A DNA stretch of 64,000 bases, taken from contig NC_058383.1 of the NCBI RefSeq assembly GCF_018350175.1, positions 21,764,001 through 21,828,000 of the forward strand, given 5' to 3'. Shown here in pieces: positions 25,989 to 39,865 of this stretch (position 1 is its first letter; every line of letters begins with the position of its first letter). The position numbers were made by a program, and so were the translations under genes. Under the pieces are notes generated by a model. The model was not told where the DNA came from, ran no database searches, and saw only the letters and a program-made list of their open reading frames with translations. The DNA is from Felis catus. Lineage: Eukaryota.

Positions 25989-26971
25989 ACGCTCAAGTGG
26001 GGGAGGGGCAGAGGGGGAAGGAGACACAGAATTCAAAGCAGGCTCCAGGCTCTGAGCTGTCAGCACAGAGCCTGACGCGGGGCTCAAACCCATGAACCCT
26101 GAGACCACAACCTGAGCCAAAGTCAGACGCCCAGCCAAGTGAGCCACCCAGGCACCCCCGGGGAAATGTAATATTAGAGAGGCAGTGCTGGAGGCTTACT
26201 GGAGAATTGTGGACATAAATTTCAAGCAAACCCGGTAAACATACTTGTGTTCTCCTCTCCATGGTTCTCCTCTCTCTGCTTTCCGTTGCCAGGTGAAGTG
26301 TCTTAAAATTTGGGGTAAGAGAATTTGATTGATATAAGATTTGTGACTTTAATTAAAAATACTTAAGAGAATTTGATTGATTTAGAATTGCAGTGGAATG
26401 TGTAGAAACCTCTGGATTAGTAAATAATTTCAGACTTAATAGATTTGTAAATAGTGTTCAGTGCTTAGCAATTCTGTTTGTTACATTTATAATCCTGCCT
26501 TGTCAGACATTTGAAGCACTGAAGAGAATCAAATTTGTAATTGTGGTTAAAAATGCCAATGATGAGGGAATGTTATTAATCAACTTTGTAAATGATGTTA
26601 AATATTTAGGAGAATTTACTATGTCAAATTTACAAGCTAATTTAGCATTGATCTAAGAACAAATAAAAACCTGTCAGTGGTTAACTTTACATAAAAGATA
26701 GCTAGACTTATAAACACAATAACATGATGTGTAGGTTGTGTGTTAAAGACTTAGGGAGAACTAGGTTTTTAAATCTGTAACTTTAACAAATTGAGCATTC
26801 GTTGAAACACAGATAACTGTAAGTATACTCTTGTTTGCAGTAAGGCCCAAATTTAGATGCAAAAAATATCGCTTTCCCTGTGAGATGCCATCTTACGCCA
26901 GTCTCCCTATTTCCTCAGCACAGGTATCCACAGCCCATGTTCTGAAATTCCACTAAAATGATAGAAAAACA

Positions 26972-27843
26972 CAGTCCCTCATTATCTGTGGTTTTTCTCT
27001 CCACTGTTTTAGCTAACCCTGGGGTCAACCACAGCCCAGAATCAGATGACCCTCCTTCCAACTTATCATCAGAAGGTCAGTAATAGCCTAATGTTGCATC
27101 ACATGCCTACATTATACACCTCGCATCATCTCATCATGTGGGCATTTTATCATCTCCAATCATCTCAAGAAGGGTAGATACTGGACAATGAGATATTTTA
27201 AGAGAGACCACATTTGCATAACTTTTATTACAGTATATTGTTATAATTGTTCTATTATTTATTCTTTTTTTAAATTTTTTTATTCAAAAAAATTTTTTAA
27301 TGTTTATTTATTTTTGAAAGAGAGAGCACGGGAGGGGCAGAGAGAGGGACAGAGGATCAAAGAGGGCTCTGTGTTAACAGCAGAGAGCCTGATATGGGGC
27401 TTGAACTCACGAACTGTGAGATCATGACCTGAGCTGAAGTTGGATGCTTAACCAACGGAGTCACCCAGGTGCCCATTTTTGTTATAATTCTTAAACTCAC
27501 TGTGCCTTATTTATTTAAAAAAATTTTTTTGGGGGGGTGGGGGCAGAGGGACAGGGCAAGAGAGAATCCTAAGCAGGCTCCCTGCCCAGAGCAGAGCCTG
27601 ACGTGGGGCTCAATCTCACAACTGTAAGGTCATCACCTGAACCGAAATCAAGACTTGAACACTTAACTGACTGAGCCCCCCAAGCACCCTTCCCTGGGCC
27701 TAATTTATAATAAGTTAAACTGTACCATAGGTAAGTATATGTAGGAAAAATCATAGTATATACAGGGTTTCGTGGTATCCAGGGTTTCAGGCATTCACTG
27801 GGGGTGTCGGAACATACACCCGGTGGTTAAGGTGGGGCTACTG
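26972..27843. mobile_element. TcMar-Tigger non-autonomous element (MER44/Tigger7-like) with two nested SINEs
   Basis: The left end cagtccctcattatctgtgg and right end ccggtggttaaggtggggctactg are degenerate inverted repeats, with TA following the right end. Confidence 0.7.
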
Positions 27844-29929
27844 TATATATCTTCTATTTATATACACATGCAAATTTTGCATATAGATCCATAATTGCCA
27901 AAAAACAAGAAAGAATCCTATCAGTAAATCAGAAATGGTGACGAATTCTTGTAAGACAGACTACATAAGGGTTCGAATCAATGGCAAAATCAGGGTAGAG
28001 AAACTTGACACTGAACACTCAGGAGGGAAGGCACTTCTTCCCAAGGGAGCCTGGGGGAAATCCAAGATTAGAGGAAACAAACAAGAAGAATGAAAGAGGT
28101 CCCCCAAGGTAGTCCTTGAGGTAATTAAATACAGGGCTACATTTGGTCTGGCTGGATCAGACATCCCCTTCTGGCTGGCAGCTCCAGAAGGATAAAGTTT
28201 CCGGGATAAAGACCTCAAGACTATTTTTTTTGAACAAGAGAATAAATACTTCTCCCTGGGAAGGCTCTGAATTTGAAGGTTGACCTGATTGGGGAAGCAC
28301 AGCCCTTCTTAATGAGGCCTCCACAACAACAGGGGCCAAGGTTGGGGAGGAAGAGGAAAGGTTGTTCCCAAAGACTGCCCCCGACAGCCATGTGGGTAGC
28401 TCTCCAGGGTAGGACACTTCAGAGTAACCACAGAGGCTGCAGAATAAGATGGATGAACAGTGTCCAAGATAATATTGAGTTACCACAAAGGATAGAATAT
28501 AAGCAACCTGGTCTAGCAGTAGGTGTACCCCCTGTCTCTTAGAATCTCCAAAATTAGCTCCTGAAGTAAGAACAGGGATTCTCATTTGGACTCCAGCTTC
28601 CAACATGGCAAAGTCTAGAGAAAATAAATGGTGGATATAAGAAACATGGTATCCAAAAAAACAAAACAAAACAAAAAACAAAACCATTAAAACTTGTGGA
28701 TATATCTGAATAAATAAATGAGTAGAACTTCATAAGATCTGAGCATTGGAGTCAAGATGAAAAGGTTTGAAGGTATATTATAGCTTGAATTGTTCCAGGA
28801 GAGGCCCAGGTGCAGTATAAGTTTAGATATTGCCAGGAAGATATCTATTTAAGGAGATTTAAGGTAAATTGGGATGGGTCATCCAGGAGGCTCCTGGGGT
28901 ATTGGTAATATTCCATTTCTCAATGTAAAAATCTTAAGTTTTGTTTGCTTTATGTTCTTTTTTCCAGTGTGTATTATATTTCTCTACTTGTGGCATTTTA
29001 TAATAAAACATTTAAAAAACAAACAAAAAGCAAGAATGACTACTAGATTTTTAGTTTTCAAACCCAGCTGAGCATTAAATAAGGACTTGGTGGTGGGGGG
29101 CAGAGAGGAGGAGTTAAAAGATACCGATGCCTACAACACACCCCAGACCAAATAAATTAGAATCTCTGGGATGGAGTCAGACATATGTATCTGAGAACTT
29201 CTGCACTAGAAGAATAGAAATAAAAATAAACACACTCAACAGGAGGAAACATTAATCACAATCATTGTTAATGGGTTAAATTCCCCAATTAAAAGGCAGA
29301 ACCTAGACAAGATCACCAACGTCCACATTTTCTTCATTTCTCAGGTGTCCTATCAGTATTGGTTTGGTTCTCAAATTCCTTGTGGTCATAAGATTGCTGT
29401 AGAAATACTGTCCTTATATTCTTTTATATTTGGATTCAGAGGGAAAACTCTTGAGTTTGTGCTGGAAATCTCAAAAGTGTCGTGGCATTTCTCTCTCCCT
29501 CTTTTTTTTCCCCCCTAAAGTGATCATGTGCCAATCACTTACCCTTGAGCAGGTCACTATGACCAGGAGACTTTGACTGATCATCTACTGCACAGGTATG
29601 GGGTGGAGTCAATACCACTGGAACTACGTGGGATGAGAGTATGGGGGAAAAGGTGGAACCACAAGCAAAACCCAAAAACTGTTAGAGTGAATGGAAGCTG
29701 GGCATTCAAAATGAAAACAAAAAACAAAAAACTTTTCCATGATGGAAATACAGAGTTAAAACATTAGAAAACAAATATAAACTAAACCAAAGTGGATAGG
29801 TTCAAAGTAGGAGGTTAAGAGACGGAAACTGGTTGAAAAAAATATCATGTCCTAATGAAAGAGTTGCCTGTGGCCTTGGCTGTGGCTGGAGAAAGAGCAC
29901 TGGACAAGCTGAGTCAATATCCATGGCAA

Positions 29930-31210
29930 CTAGTCCATCCTACATCCCCAAATATGTATCTGCAGTTCAGATTTCTCTCTCCACATTTATATACACACTC
30001 TGGACAATTATTCTACATATCTGAAAGGCAGCTCAAATTCATCATGTGCAAAACTTAATTATCAAAAGACCACAAACCTGCTCCTCCTCTTGAATTCCTT
30101 CTCTCTTTAAAAAAAAAATGTTTAATGTTTATTTATTTTTGAGAGAGAGAGAGAGAATGTGAGAAGGGGAGGGGCAGAGAGAGAGGGAGACACAGAATTC
30201 GAAGCAGGCTCCAGGCTCTGAGCTGTCAGCACAGAGCCCGACATGGGGCTCAAACCCAAGAACCACGAGATCATGACCTGAGTGGAAGTCTGATGCTTAA
30301 CCAACTGAGCCACCCAGGCGCCCCCTTCTGTCTTTTTTTAAATTTTATTTTTTTAATCCAAAAAAATTTTTTTTATTTTAGAGAGAGCACACACATGCGT
30401 TTGTAAGTGGGGGAGGGGCAGAGGGAGAGAGACAATCTTTTTTTTTTAATTGTTTGTTTATTTATGAGAGAAGTGAGGGAGGGAGGGGCAGAGAGAAAGG
30501 GAGAGAGAGAATCCCAAGCAGGCTCCATGCTGTGAAAAAGAGAGCCCGACCCAGGGTTTGATCTCACAAACCGTGAGATTATGACGTGAGCTGAAATCAA
30601 GAGTTGGACACTCAACTGACTGAGCCACCCAGGTGCCCCTACCTTTTCTGTATTAATAACCCCGTCCTCTGAACCGAGGACCTGGGATCATCTTTCATTT
30701 TATTTTATTTTATTTTTTTATTTTTTTTCAACGTTTATTTATTTTTGAGACAGAGAGAGACAGAGCGTGAACAGGGGAGGGGCGGACAGAGAGGGAGACA
30801 CAGAATCTGAAGCAGGCTCCAGGCTCTGAGCTGTCAGCACAGAGCCCGACGCGGGGCTCGAACTCACGGGCCGTGAGATCATGACCTGAGCCGAAGTCGG
30901 ACACCCAACCGACCAAGCCACCCAGACGCCCCCTGGGATCATCTTTTAATTCCTTCCTCTCTCACCTCTGTGTTAATCTTTCTCGAAGTATGTCCATTCC
31001 ATGTCCATACCACATCTCAGGTCCACTCCTGAGTCTTCACCAGTGGTTAACACAACTGCATTTTAACCATTTGGCTAATTTGTTTGAATACATATCTCTT
31101 CCACGAGGCTGGATCCATGACAAGACGCCCCATCTCAGTTTTACGTTTCTGTGTCCCCAAATCTGAACTTTGTTACTGGTACTCCTTAGGTACTCAGATA
31201 TTTGTGGAAA
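29930..31210 (+). mobile_element. L2 fragments split by SINEs
   Basis: cagctcaaattcatcatgtgcaaaacttaatt; gtgtccccaaatctg...aggtactcagatatttgtggaa. Confidence 0.5.
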
Positions 31211-32719
31211 GATTAGACTAAGTTAAAGTCTGCCAGCATCAAGGTTTATGCACCACCTTCCAAACCTAGCACTATATTACTTGGGTAATCTTCTGAAAAT
31301 GCAAATTTGCCTCTATTTTGCCCTCTGTTTAAAATCTTTGCATCTTTCAATGCCCTAACCTACCCCCCATCACCTAAAGCAAAGTAGTGTCTCTTAAATT
31401 TTCAGTATCTAATAACAACTTACTGGCTGTCTGGAGCATTTGCAAACTTCCCCTTTTAAGTAAATATCCATCAGTTTTTTTAAATAATAAAATTAAGATA
31501 TAATAACTTAAAATTAATAATATTCAAGTATCCCTTGCTGTCCAATTGTATTTATCTCCTAAGTTTGAGTTTAGAAAACAAGTTCATATAGCAAAGGATC
31601 CAGGAGGATTTGCACATACTTGGTACCTGAATTTTGGATAACAAGTAGCAAGAGTTTGGATAGAGCTACTGCTAGAAGTCTTTGAATATACTCAGATCCG
31701 AACTGAGGAAGAAAGAGTTAAAAATTGTAAAAGCAGAGTGGTGAGAAATATCAGATCAGTAAAAGGGAGACTGTTGTTTGTAGTCGATTTAAAGTATATA
31801 ATTAAAATAAACATATATCTGGATTAATCACAGATGCAACTTATTTTTGTTGCACTAAATGAGAAAGCACTAACTAAGAATTATGGGCTACTGGTTAAAG
31901 CAGAAAATGTTTAGTGGCCCCGAGAGATGGGATTTTATGAAGTCGGATGGGACATATACTTAGAAACAGCAGTGACGTTTCTCATTAAAGACCACTTTCA
32001 TGACCCGCTAAGTCTAAGAATGGATCCCCTTCAAAGGTTGGATGGCTTCACTGGGGTGAACTGCTTTTTGTTTTTTGTTTGGGTTCAGCTCTTGCAAAGA
32101 ATCCCTCTGTGATTCCTAGCATTGTGTATGGTTATTAAATAATACGTCATTGATTTCTTTCTCCAGAGAATGAAGAAAATCAAGTGTTGTCAATGCCTGC
32201 CTGCGAAGCCTCCTGCCTCAAAGTTCAATTTCCTGATACCTTATCCTCAGCACTGAATATCCTCAGCACATTATATCCTATTATGTTGGGCCTGAAAGGA
32301 GAAATTCAAGCTTTTCAAGCTCCTGACCACAGTGTGTTGACATATCACTTGAAATCAGAGATAACATTTCTTCCCAATGCTGATAACGACAACAAGGACC
32401 AGATTTATGATTTCTGGTCTTTCATGGGATCATCAGTGTTATAAAGAAATCTTATCTCCTCCTTCATTTTGACTAGTCACATGAGTACCTTCCCCGGGGA
32501 CACCAGCATGCTTCAGTGTGGAAAAGTAGTTTTGGTACCTGCCACCCGTATCTGCACAAAAAACACAGGAAAGACATATGCTCAGTGACTGAGATTTGAT
32601 GGTGCTAACAATTTTCATGACATCTTCAACCCTTAATTAAGATCAGGATGCATAACTGTTCTTAGTAAGTAAAGCGGTGGGCCATTTAGCACTTGGATAC
32701 AACCATTTTGGAGTAGTCA

Positions 32720-33402
32720 AGTGAGGTTGATGGTCAAAATGGCACAGTTCCATGCCCTTCCTCCTCCTATCATATTGTAGTATCCTCTCTCCTCATCTGT
32801 GAGATGGCCATGTGACTCTGCTGCAGCCCCGTGGGATGTCAGTGATTTTGACAAGGCAGAGACTTGATGAGTGCTTGCATATTTGGGCTGGCTTGTTCTT
32901 GCTCCTCTGCCTTTGCCATAAGAACACGCCTGGGCTAGCCTGCTGAAGGATGGGACGCATGGTGTAGAGCTACCCCAGTTGTCCCAGATAAGTCTATCCC
33001 AGACTAGCCAAGCTGATACCTGGACATATGAAAAAACCCAGCCAGCAGCAACAGAACTGCCCACATGACCCACAGCCCAGGCTGGTTTCAGGGTCATGTG
33101 ACGTTTGTAGTCACAAAGGGGCTCTGTGTTAAGAAGGCCCCATGCTTGGTTTAATGTTTTGCTGTCACTGTCTCTAAATTCTTAGTAATTTTTCATTAAG
33201 GGGCCTTGCATTTTTATTTTGCACAAATTATGCACAAATTATGTAGCTGACCCTGCCCACATCTTATCGATGACACTGGGGTGAGCCTAGCTGAGATGGG
33301 AGAACCACCTGTTGGCCTACAGACTTGTGAGATCAATACATTCTCAGTGTTTAAGTGACTGTGAGATTGTGTTGCATTATTGTAGTGACAGATACTGATA
33401 CA
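32720..33402 (+). mobile_element. MaLR solo LTR (MLT1-type)
   Basis: gagtgcttgcatatttgggctggc, ctgggctagcctgctg, and a 3' end tttaagtgactgtgagattgtgttgcattattgtagtgacagatactgataca. Confidence 0.65.
33078..33255 (+). mobile_element. MER45A-like hAT-Tip100 MITE inserted in an MLT1 LTR
   Basis: Ends caggctggtttca and tgtagctgaccctg. Body matches the recalled MER45A consensus. Approximately 8-bp TSD cccacagc/cccacatc. Confidence 0.75.
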
Positions 33403-33768
33403 GCAAACCTTTCTTAGGCGGACACATGGCTGGTCCTCCATGATGAGCATTACCTCAGAGATGCTTCTAATCTGCACCGTGTCTCACAAAAATATTAAGT
33501 TAACTGATTAAGAGAAGTCAAAAATACCAAGTGTGTCTTTCTCTTTTATATATGTACCACCGGGATGCAAAGAGCTGGTTCAGACCTTCCCTACTAGTGT
33601 TTCAGACTCAGCTGTAAAACAAAATATCACCATGATAATAATAGTTCCACCATATTTGTATGCCATTTGTGTTATGCAGCATACAACCCTGTCATTAGGT
33701 TTGCTTATGGCTACCTTTGCTTTTCTCCTAGCATTTGTGCTGAATTTGAGGCTGGCTTATTTATTTAT

Positions 33769-33806
<38 letters not shown>

Positions 33807-34944
33807 CGCAGAAGGGCAGAGAGAGAGAATCCCAAGCAGGCTCTGCACTGTCAGCGCAGAGCCCAACTTGGGGCTCAATTCCCCGAACTGTGAGATCATG
33901 ACCTCAGCCACAATCAAGAGTCAAATGTGTAACCGACTGAGCCACCCAGGAGTCCCGAGGCTGGTTTTATAAGAATGCTGACCACAGCAGTGCTTGTATC
34001 TGTTGTTGCTGTTGTTTAGCCAATTTACATTTAGAAATAAAATTAATCTCATATCACAAAACATTTTGTACTTAGTCCAGGAAAATCTACTGGTGAACCA
34101 GCTATGTTATTCTACTTTGGAAATGACATGAAATCTCTGAAGGCGTCATGAAGCTCTCGGACAGAGTTTCCTAATAGAGTGTACATTAGAGAGAAGAGAG
34201 GGATAAATCCCTTCCTCAAAAAAATCCAGTTTTTAGATATTCATAGCCACACTTCCCATTCACACGTTGCCTTTCAGCATCTTGGATGAAATCATCACAT
34301 TCACAGATGCTCTTGTCCCAACAGATCCTGAAGTCCTGTTCCCTAATTACGCTTCTGACTTGCCGTGTTTGTATTACTATTTTTGTCTTTGCTTTTACAC
34401 TTCAACGAACCACTTTATAGTCATTAATCTATTTTTGTTCATCAGAACCATAACAAAACATAAGAGTAACAACAAAAAATGCAAATTTTACACCCATAAA
34501 CAATAACATGCACGTGATATAGCTAAAATAAACTATGTATCCTACTGACTGAATTTCAACTACACCTTGTTAAGAGTCTGACCATTGTGAGCCATCTGCA
34601 TCCTTGGACCATTATTAGGAGAATAATGGTACTTGATAATTTTTCTTCCTTTTCAAATGTATACAATTCTTAAGCACCTATTTTCCCATTGCCTATGTCA
34701 CAGAAGCTGTCTAACAACTTGAAGACCATTTGTTTTACAGACAAACGGATCCCATTTTAGGAATACTGACCCGAAAGATAAAGCCTGAATTCTTTGATGT
34801 GGTATATAAGCCATCGCATAATCTTACAGTTGTCATTAGTGTGTGTGTGTGTGTGTAAGTTGTTATTGGTATAACAATGGCAATATCCCCGAGACCTTAA
34901 ATGAGATCATGTGATCAGTGCCAATCTGAGCATTTCAAATGGAT

Positions 34945-35120
34945 TCTTATTTTAAATTCACAATAGCACTTGGAGGTAGGTGCTAGTGTTGTTATTACAC
35001 ACTTACAGATAGGGAATTATGAATATTACAGAGGTACTTGCTTATGATCACAGAACTAGTAGGAGGCTGAGCAGAAACGTGATCCCAGGCTTGCCTAACT
35101 CCTAACGACCATGTTATCTG
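34945..35120 (-). mobile_element. MIR
   Basis: tacagatagggaatt...acttgcttatgatcacagaactagtaggaggctgagc. Confidence 0.55.
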
Positions 35121-38100
35121 GTAGCCTCTCTTTGACCTCCCCTTCCTGAACTCTCTTCCGAACACACTGAGCCACAGCCATGCCACACCCCCTTCCATTC
35201 CTCAGTGACCTTCCATCTGTGTCTGTGCATTTGGCTCCCTCTGAAATGTTCTCTTCCATCTCTCCCCTTGTCACCTTGGTGAACTCTCACTCACCTGTCA
35301 GCACCCCATTTAAGAGTCTACTTTATAAAGTCTTTTCTTCCACCCACATCCTAGGATTTTTACCTCGTCTGTAATAGCCTACATTTTATTTCTTTCCGTT
35401 ATCCAGATAAAGATGCAAAAATGTCTAGAGTGACAGCTGAGTTATTAAGAATTACAATATGACAGAACATAATTTACTACATTTTATCTGATTGTTCCCT
35501 GGTCTATCATTAGTCGACTCCATTTACTGACTTATGTCTCAATGAATAGGCAATTCCTTACCTTAAAAATGTTATTCTCAGGTGGTCAGAGAACAGAATT
35601 AATTCTCATTGTGTCTATAATAACAACTAGTTAACTTCATGAGGCACAGAAAATACATTCTCTATTTTACCCTTTCCAATTTACTCTCAGGGAGTGAGAC
35701 CCATGATAATAGATAAAGTTTCTAAAATCACTATCCCTGGTAGATGATACTGTTTTAGAAAATACAGTTCTATCAAGGTGGCAAAAACACGTCTTCAGGT
35801 CTGCTGGTAATTAAGAAAGCCATAAGTTAATCAGCTATATTCTTTTTGAAGAGAAAGCAGAAGGCAGTGGTTTAGAGTAATGGTCCCGTACAGTCATTTG
35901 AACATTTACTTCAACAGTATACATATTGGGCCTGCACCCCCACAAATGTGTGTATTTATTTATAGTTTATGTGCGTGCACATACTACCGCATGCAACGTT
36001 CAGTATATTACAGAACATTCACGAAATGGAAACTAATAGAAATGAGGTAAGGAATAAATATAATTAGAAGTTCTACTGATTTTCTTCCTCATCCAACAGA
36101 TCATCTTGTATTCCTACATTTGCACTACTATTGAAGATCAACAGTCTGCAAATCATTCATTGGACAAGTACTACTAGTCCACCTGGATCCAGATGCTGGC
36201 TCACCTCAGTGATCCCCAGGACCAGGGGGATCCCTGTAGACTCAGGATCCAGGTCCACCACTATCTACCCAAGCACCAGGTCTGCCTACCCAAGGACTCC
36301 AATAGCAAGCCCATCTATGGGCACCCCCAGATGGCCCACTCAGAATCTCTGGATAGGCCAACTGGTGAAAGGTTTTACCTGTTGAAGCCAGTCTCAAAAG
36401 ACTGGAAGAGGTGGCTACTTCCCCAACTGTGCAGACACCAAAAACAAGACCACAAGGATCATGAATAGTCAAGGAAACATGACATGACCAAATGAAACTA
36501 ATGAAATTCCAACAACTGATCTAAAGAAATGGAGATCTATGAGCTGTCTGACAAAGAAATCAGAATAACACTCTTAACGAAATTCTGTGAGCTGCAAGAA
36601 AATACAGATAAACAACTAAATGAAATTAGGAAAACAATGCATGAACAAAAGGAGAAGTTCAACAAGAAGCAGAAACCATTAAAAAAAAAAGCCATTAAAA
36701 AAAAAAAACTGCCTGAATGGCTCAGTCAATTGAGCATCTGACTCTGATTTTGGCACAGGTCATGATCTCACAGAGTGTGGGATTGTGCCCCACCGTAGGA
36801 TCTGTGCTGGCAGAATGGAGCCTGCTTGGGATTCTCTCCCTCTCTCTCTGCCCCTCCCACACTCGTGCTCTCTCTCTCTCACTCTCAAAATAAATAAACA
36901 TTTTAAAAAATCCACAGAAATCCTAGAGTTGAAGAATAACTACAATGAAGAAATCAATAGAAAGCTCAACAGTAGACTCAACCAAGCAGAAGAAAGAATT
37001 TGTGAGCTAGAAGGCAGGTCATTTGAAATCATCCAGTCAGAAGAGCAAAAAGAAAAAAAAGAAATGAAAGAGTAAAAAAACCTACATGAATTATGGGATA
37101 CCATTAAAAGAAACCATGACTTAGTGGATTCCCAAAAGGAGAAGAGTGGGGAAAAGAGGTAGAAAGCTTATTTAAAGAAATAATGCCTGGAGCATCTGGC
37201 TGGCTCAGTCACTAGAGCATGCAACTCTTGATCTCAAGGTTGTGGGTTCAAGCCGCACGGTGGGTGTAGAGAATACTTAAAAAAATAAAAATCTTTAAAA
37301 AAATAATAAAGAAATAATGGCTGAGAACTATCTCATATTTGGGGGAGAGATTTGGACTTCTAAAATTCATGAGGTTAATAAGTTATCCAAAATTTTAATC
37401 GGAAAATGATCTTCTTTAAGACACTTTATAATAAAACTATATAAAAACAAAGAAAAAGAGAATTTTTAAAGGGACAAGATTTAAAAAAAATTCTCACATA
37501 TATGAGAATCCCCATAAGGCTACAGAGGATTTCTCAACAGAAACCTTATAGGTCAGGAGAGAGTGGAATGATATATTCAAACTGTTGAAAGGAAAACAAA
37601 CAAACAAACAATCAACCAAGAATAATTTACCTGGAAAAGTTGTTTTGAGTAATGAAGGAGAGATAAAGATTTTTCCAAACAAACAGAAGCTGAGGGTGTT
37701 CATCATCACTAAACCTGCCTTAAAAGAAATGCTGAAAGGAATTCTTGAAGCAGAAATGAAAGGACACTAATTAGGAATGTGAAAATATATGAAAATATAA
37801 AACATACTGGCAAAGGTATAGTCAAATTCAGAATACTAATACTGTTATATAGTTGTGCGTTAATCTCTTAAGTGTAGTGTAAAGGTTTAAAGGACCAAAG
37901 TACTAAAAGTAACTATAGCTACAATGATATGTTAGTGGATACACAATATAAAAGAGATAAATGGTGACATCAAAAACATAAAATACATGAGGGGAGTAAA
38001 AGGGTAGAATTTTTATATATGATCAAAGCTAAGTTATCATCTTAAAATAGACTCTTAATTCTAAAAGACATTTTATACAATTCTCATGATAACCATAAAC

Positions 38101-38813
38101 AAAAACCTATAGTAGATCCACAAAAGGGAAAGAGAAGAGAATCAAAGCTTATTACTATGGGAAATCATCAACTCACAAAGAAAGACAACAAAAGAGGAAG
38201 AAAGAAACAAGGGACAAAACAACCAGAAAACAGTAAGATGGCATTAATAAATACTCACCTATCAATAATCACTTCAAATGTAAATAAATTAAATTCTCCT
38301 ATCAAAAGGCATAGAATGACTGAATGGATTAAAAAATACAACTGACTATATGTTGCCTAAAAGAGACTTCAGCCTTAACAACATACATAGACTCAAAGTG
38401 AAGGGGTAGAAAAATATATTCCATGCAAACAGAAACCAAGAAAGCAGGAGCTGATACTTATATCAGCAAAATAGACTTTAAGTCAAAAATTGTGGGGGTC
38501 CTGGGGGGCTCAGTCAGTTAAGCATCCGACGCTTGCTTGATTTCCACTCAGGTCCTGATCTGGAGCCCTGCATTGGGCTCTGTGACGACAGTGCAGAGCC
38601 TGCTTGGGATTCTCTCTCTCTCCCTCTCTCTGCCTCTCCCATGCTCGCTCTCTCTATTAAAATAAATAAACAAACTTAAAAAAAATTGTAACAAATGGGG
38701 CTGGGTGGCTCAGTCAGTTAAGCATTCAACTCTTGATTTTGGCTCAGGTCATGATCTCACTATTCATGAGATCCAGCCTCCACCATTATCAGCGTGGAGC
38801 CTGCTTGCTTGGG

Positions 38814-38814
<1 letters not shown>

Positions 38815-38894
<80 letters not shown>
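38815..38894. repeat. Expanded (CT)n in a SINE linker
   Basis: About 80-bp near-perfect CT run. Confidence 0.95.
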
Positions 38895-38896
<2 letters not shown>

Positions 38897-39865
38897 TCCT
38901 CCCCTGCCCACTCCTGGGCATGTGCACACACACTCTCTCAAAGTAAATAAATAAACATTAAAAAATTGTAACAATAGACGACAAAGGTCATTATATAATG
39001 ACAAAGGGGTTAATTCATCAAGAGAATATAACAACTATAAATATATATGCACCCACTATCAGAGCACCTAAATATATTAAGCAAATACTAATAGATCTAA
39101 AGGGAGAAATAACACTACAATAATAACAGAGGGCTTCTGAGCTCACTTTCAACAATGCATAGATTATGCAGACAGAAAATCAATAAGCAAACATTGGACT
39201 TGAATTATACCTTAGACCAAATATAGGCAGAACATTCCACCCAACAGCAGAATACATATTTTTCTGAAGCACACTCTCTAGGATAGATCATATGTTAGGT
39301 TGCAGAACAATTCTTAGCAAATGTAAGATGACTGATATATCAAATATCTTCTCTGACCACAATGATATGAAACTAAAAATCAACTACAAGAGGAAAACTG
39401 GAAAACTCACAAATGTGTGGAAATTAACATACTCTTGAACAGCCACTGGGTCAAAGAAGAAGTCAAAAGGGAAATCAAAAAATAACCTTGATACAAAGGA
39501 AAACTGAAACATAACACACCAAAACTTATGCGATGCAGCAAAGGCAGTTCTGAGAGGGAAGTTTAAAGCAATAAATGCCTTCATTAAGAAAAAAGAGAGT
39601 AGGGCACCTGAGTGATTCAATAGGTAAGTGTCCAACTTCGGGTCAGGTCATGATCTCGTAGTTCGTAAGTGAGTTCAAGCCCCCAGTCGGGCTCTGTGCT
39701 GACAGCTCAGAACCTGGAGCCTGTTTCAGACTCTATGTCTCCCTCTCTCTCTGCCCCTTCCCTGCTCATGCTCTCTCCCTCTCTCTCAAAAATAAATAAA
39801 ACATAGAAAAGAAAAGAAACGCTTATGTTAAAAAAAAAAAAGAAAGAAAAAAAAAAAAGAGAGAA

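Larger units (their letters stand above)
23722..33956 (-). mobile_element. 9 dispersed minus-strand Can-SINEs: 23722-23921, 25897-26158, 27265-27474, 27510-27688, 30118-30325, 30335-30435 (partial), 30438-30639, 30693-30933, 33758-33956
   Basis: Reverse-complement consensus: T tail, (GA)n, ...gagccacccaggcgcccc. TSDs include aggttca(t/g)cagtg, ctgggatcatcttt and gaggctgg. Confidence 0.9.

Noticed and set aside
26316..26381. Direct repeat with a 30-bp spacer considered as CRISPR-like
   Set aside because: Only two copies, in a mammalian context, with no cas genes.
28157..28687. 176-aa minus-strand ORF
   Set aside because: It begins in a low-complexity A-rich tract, has no recognisable domain and no clear exon structure, so it is likely chance.
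34080..36135. Possible additional DNA-transposon relics at about 34.1-34.6 kb and 35.87-36.13 kb
   Set aside because: I could not identify terminal repeats or a family with enough confidence without a Dfam search.
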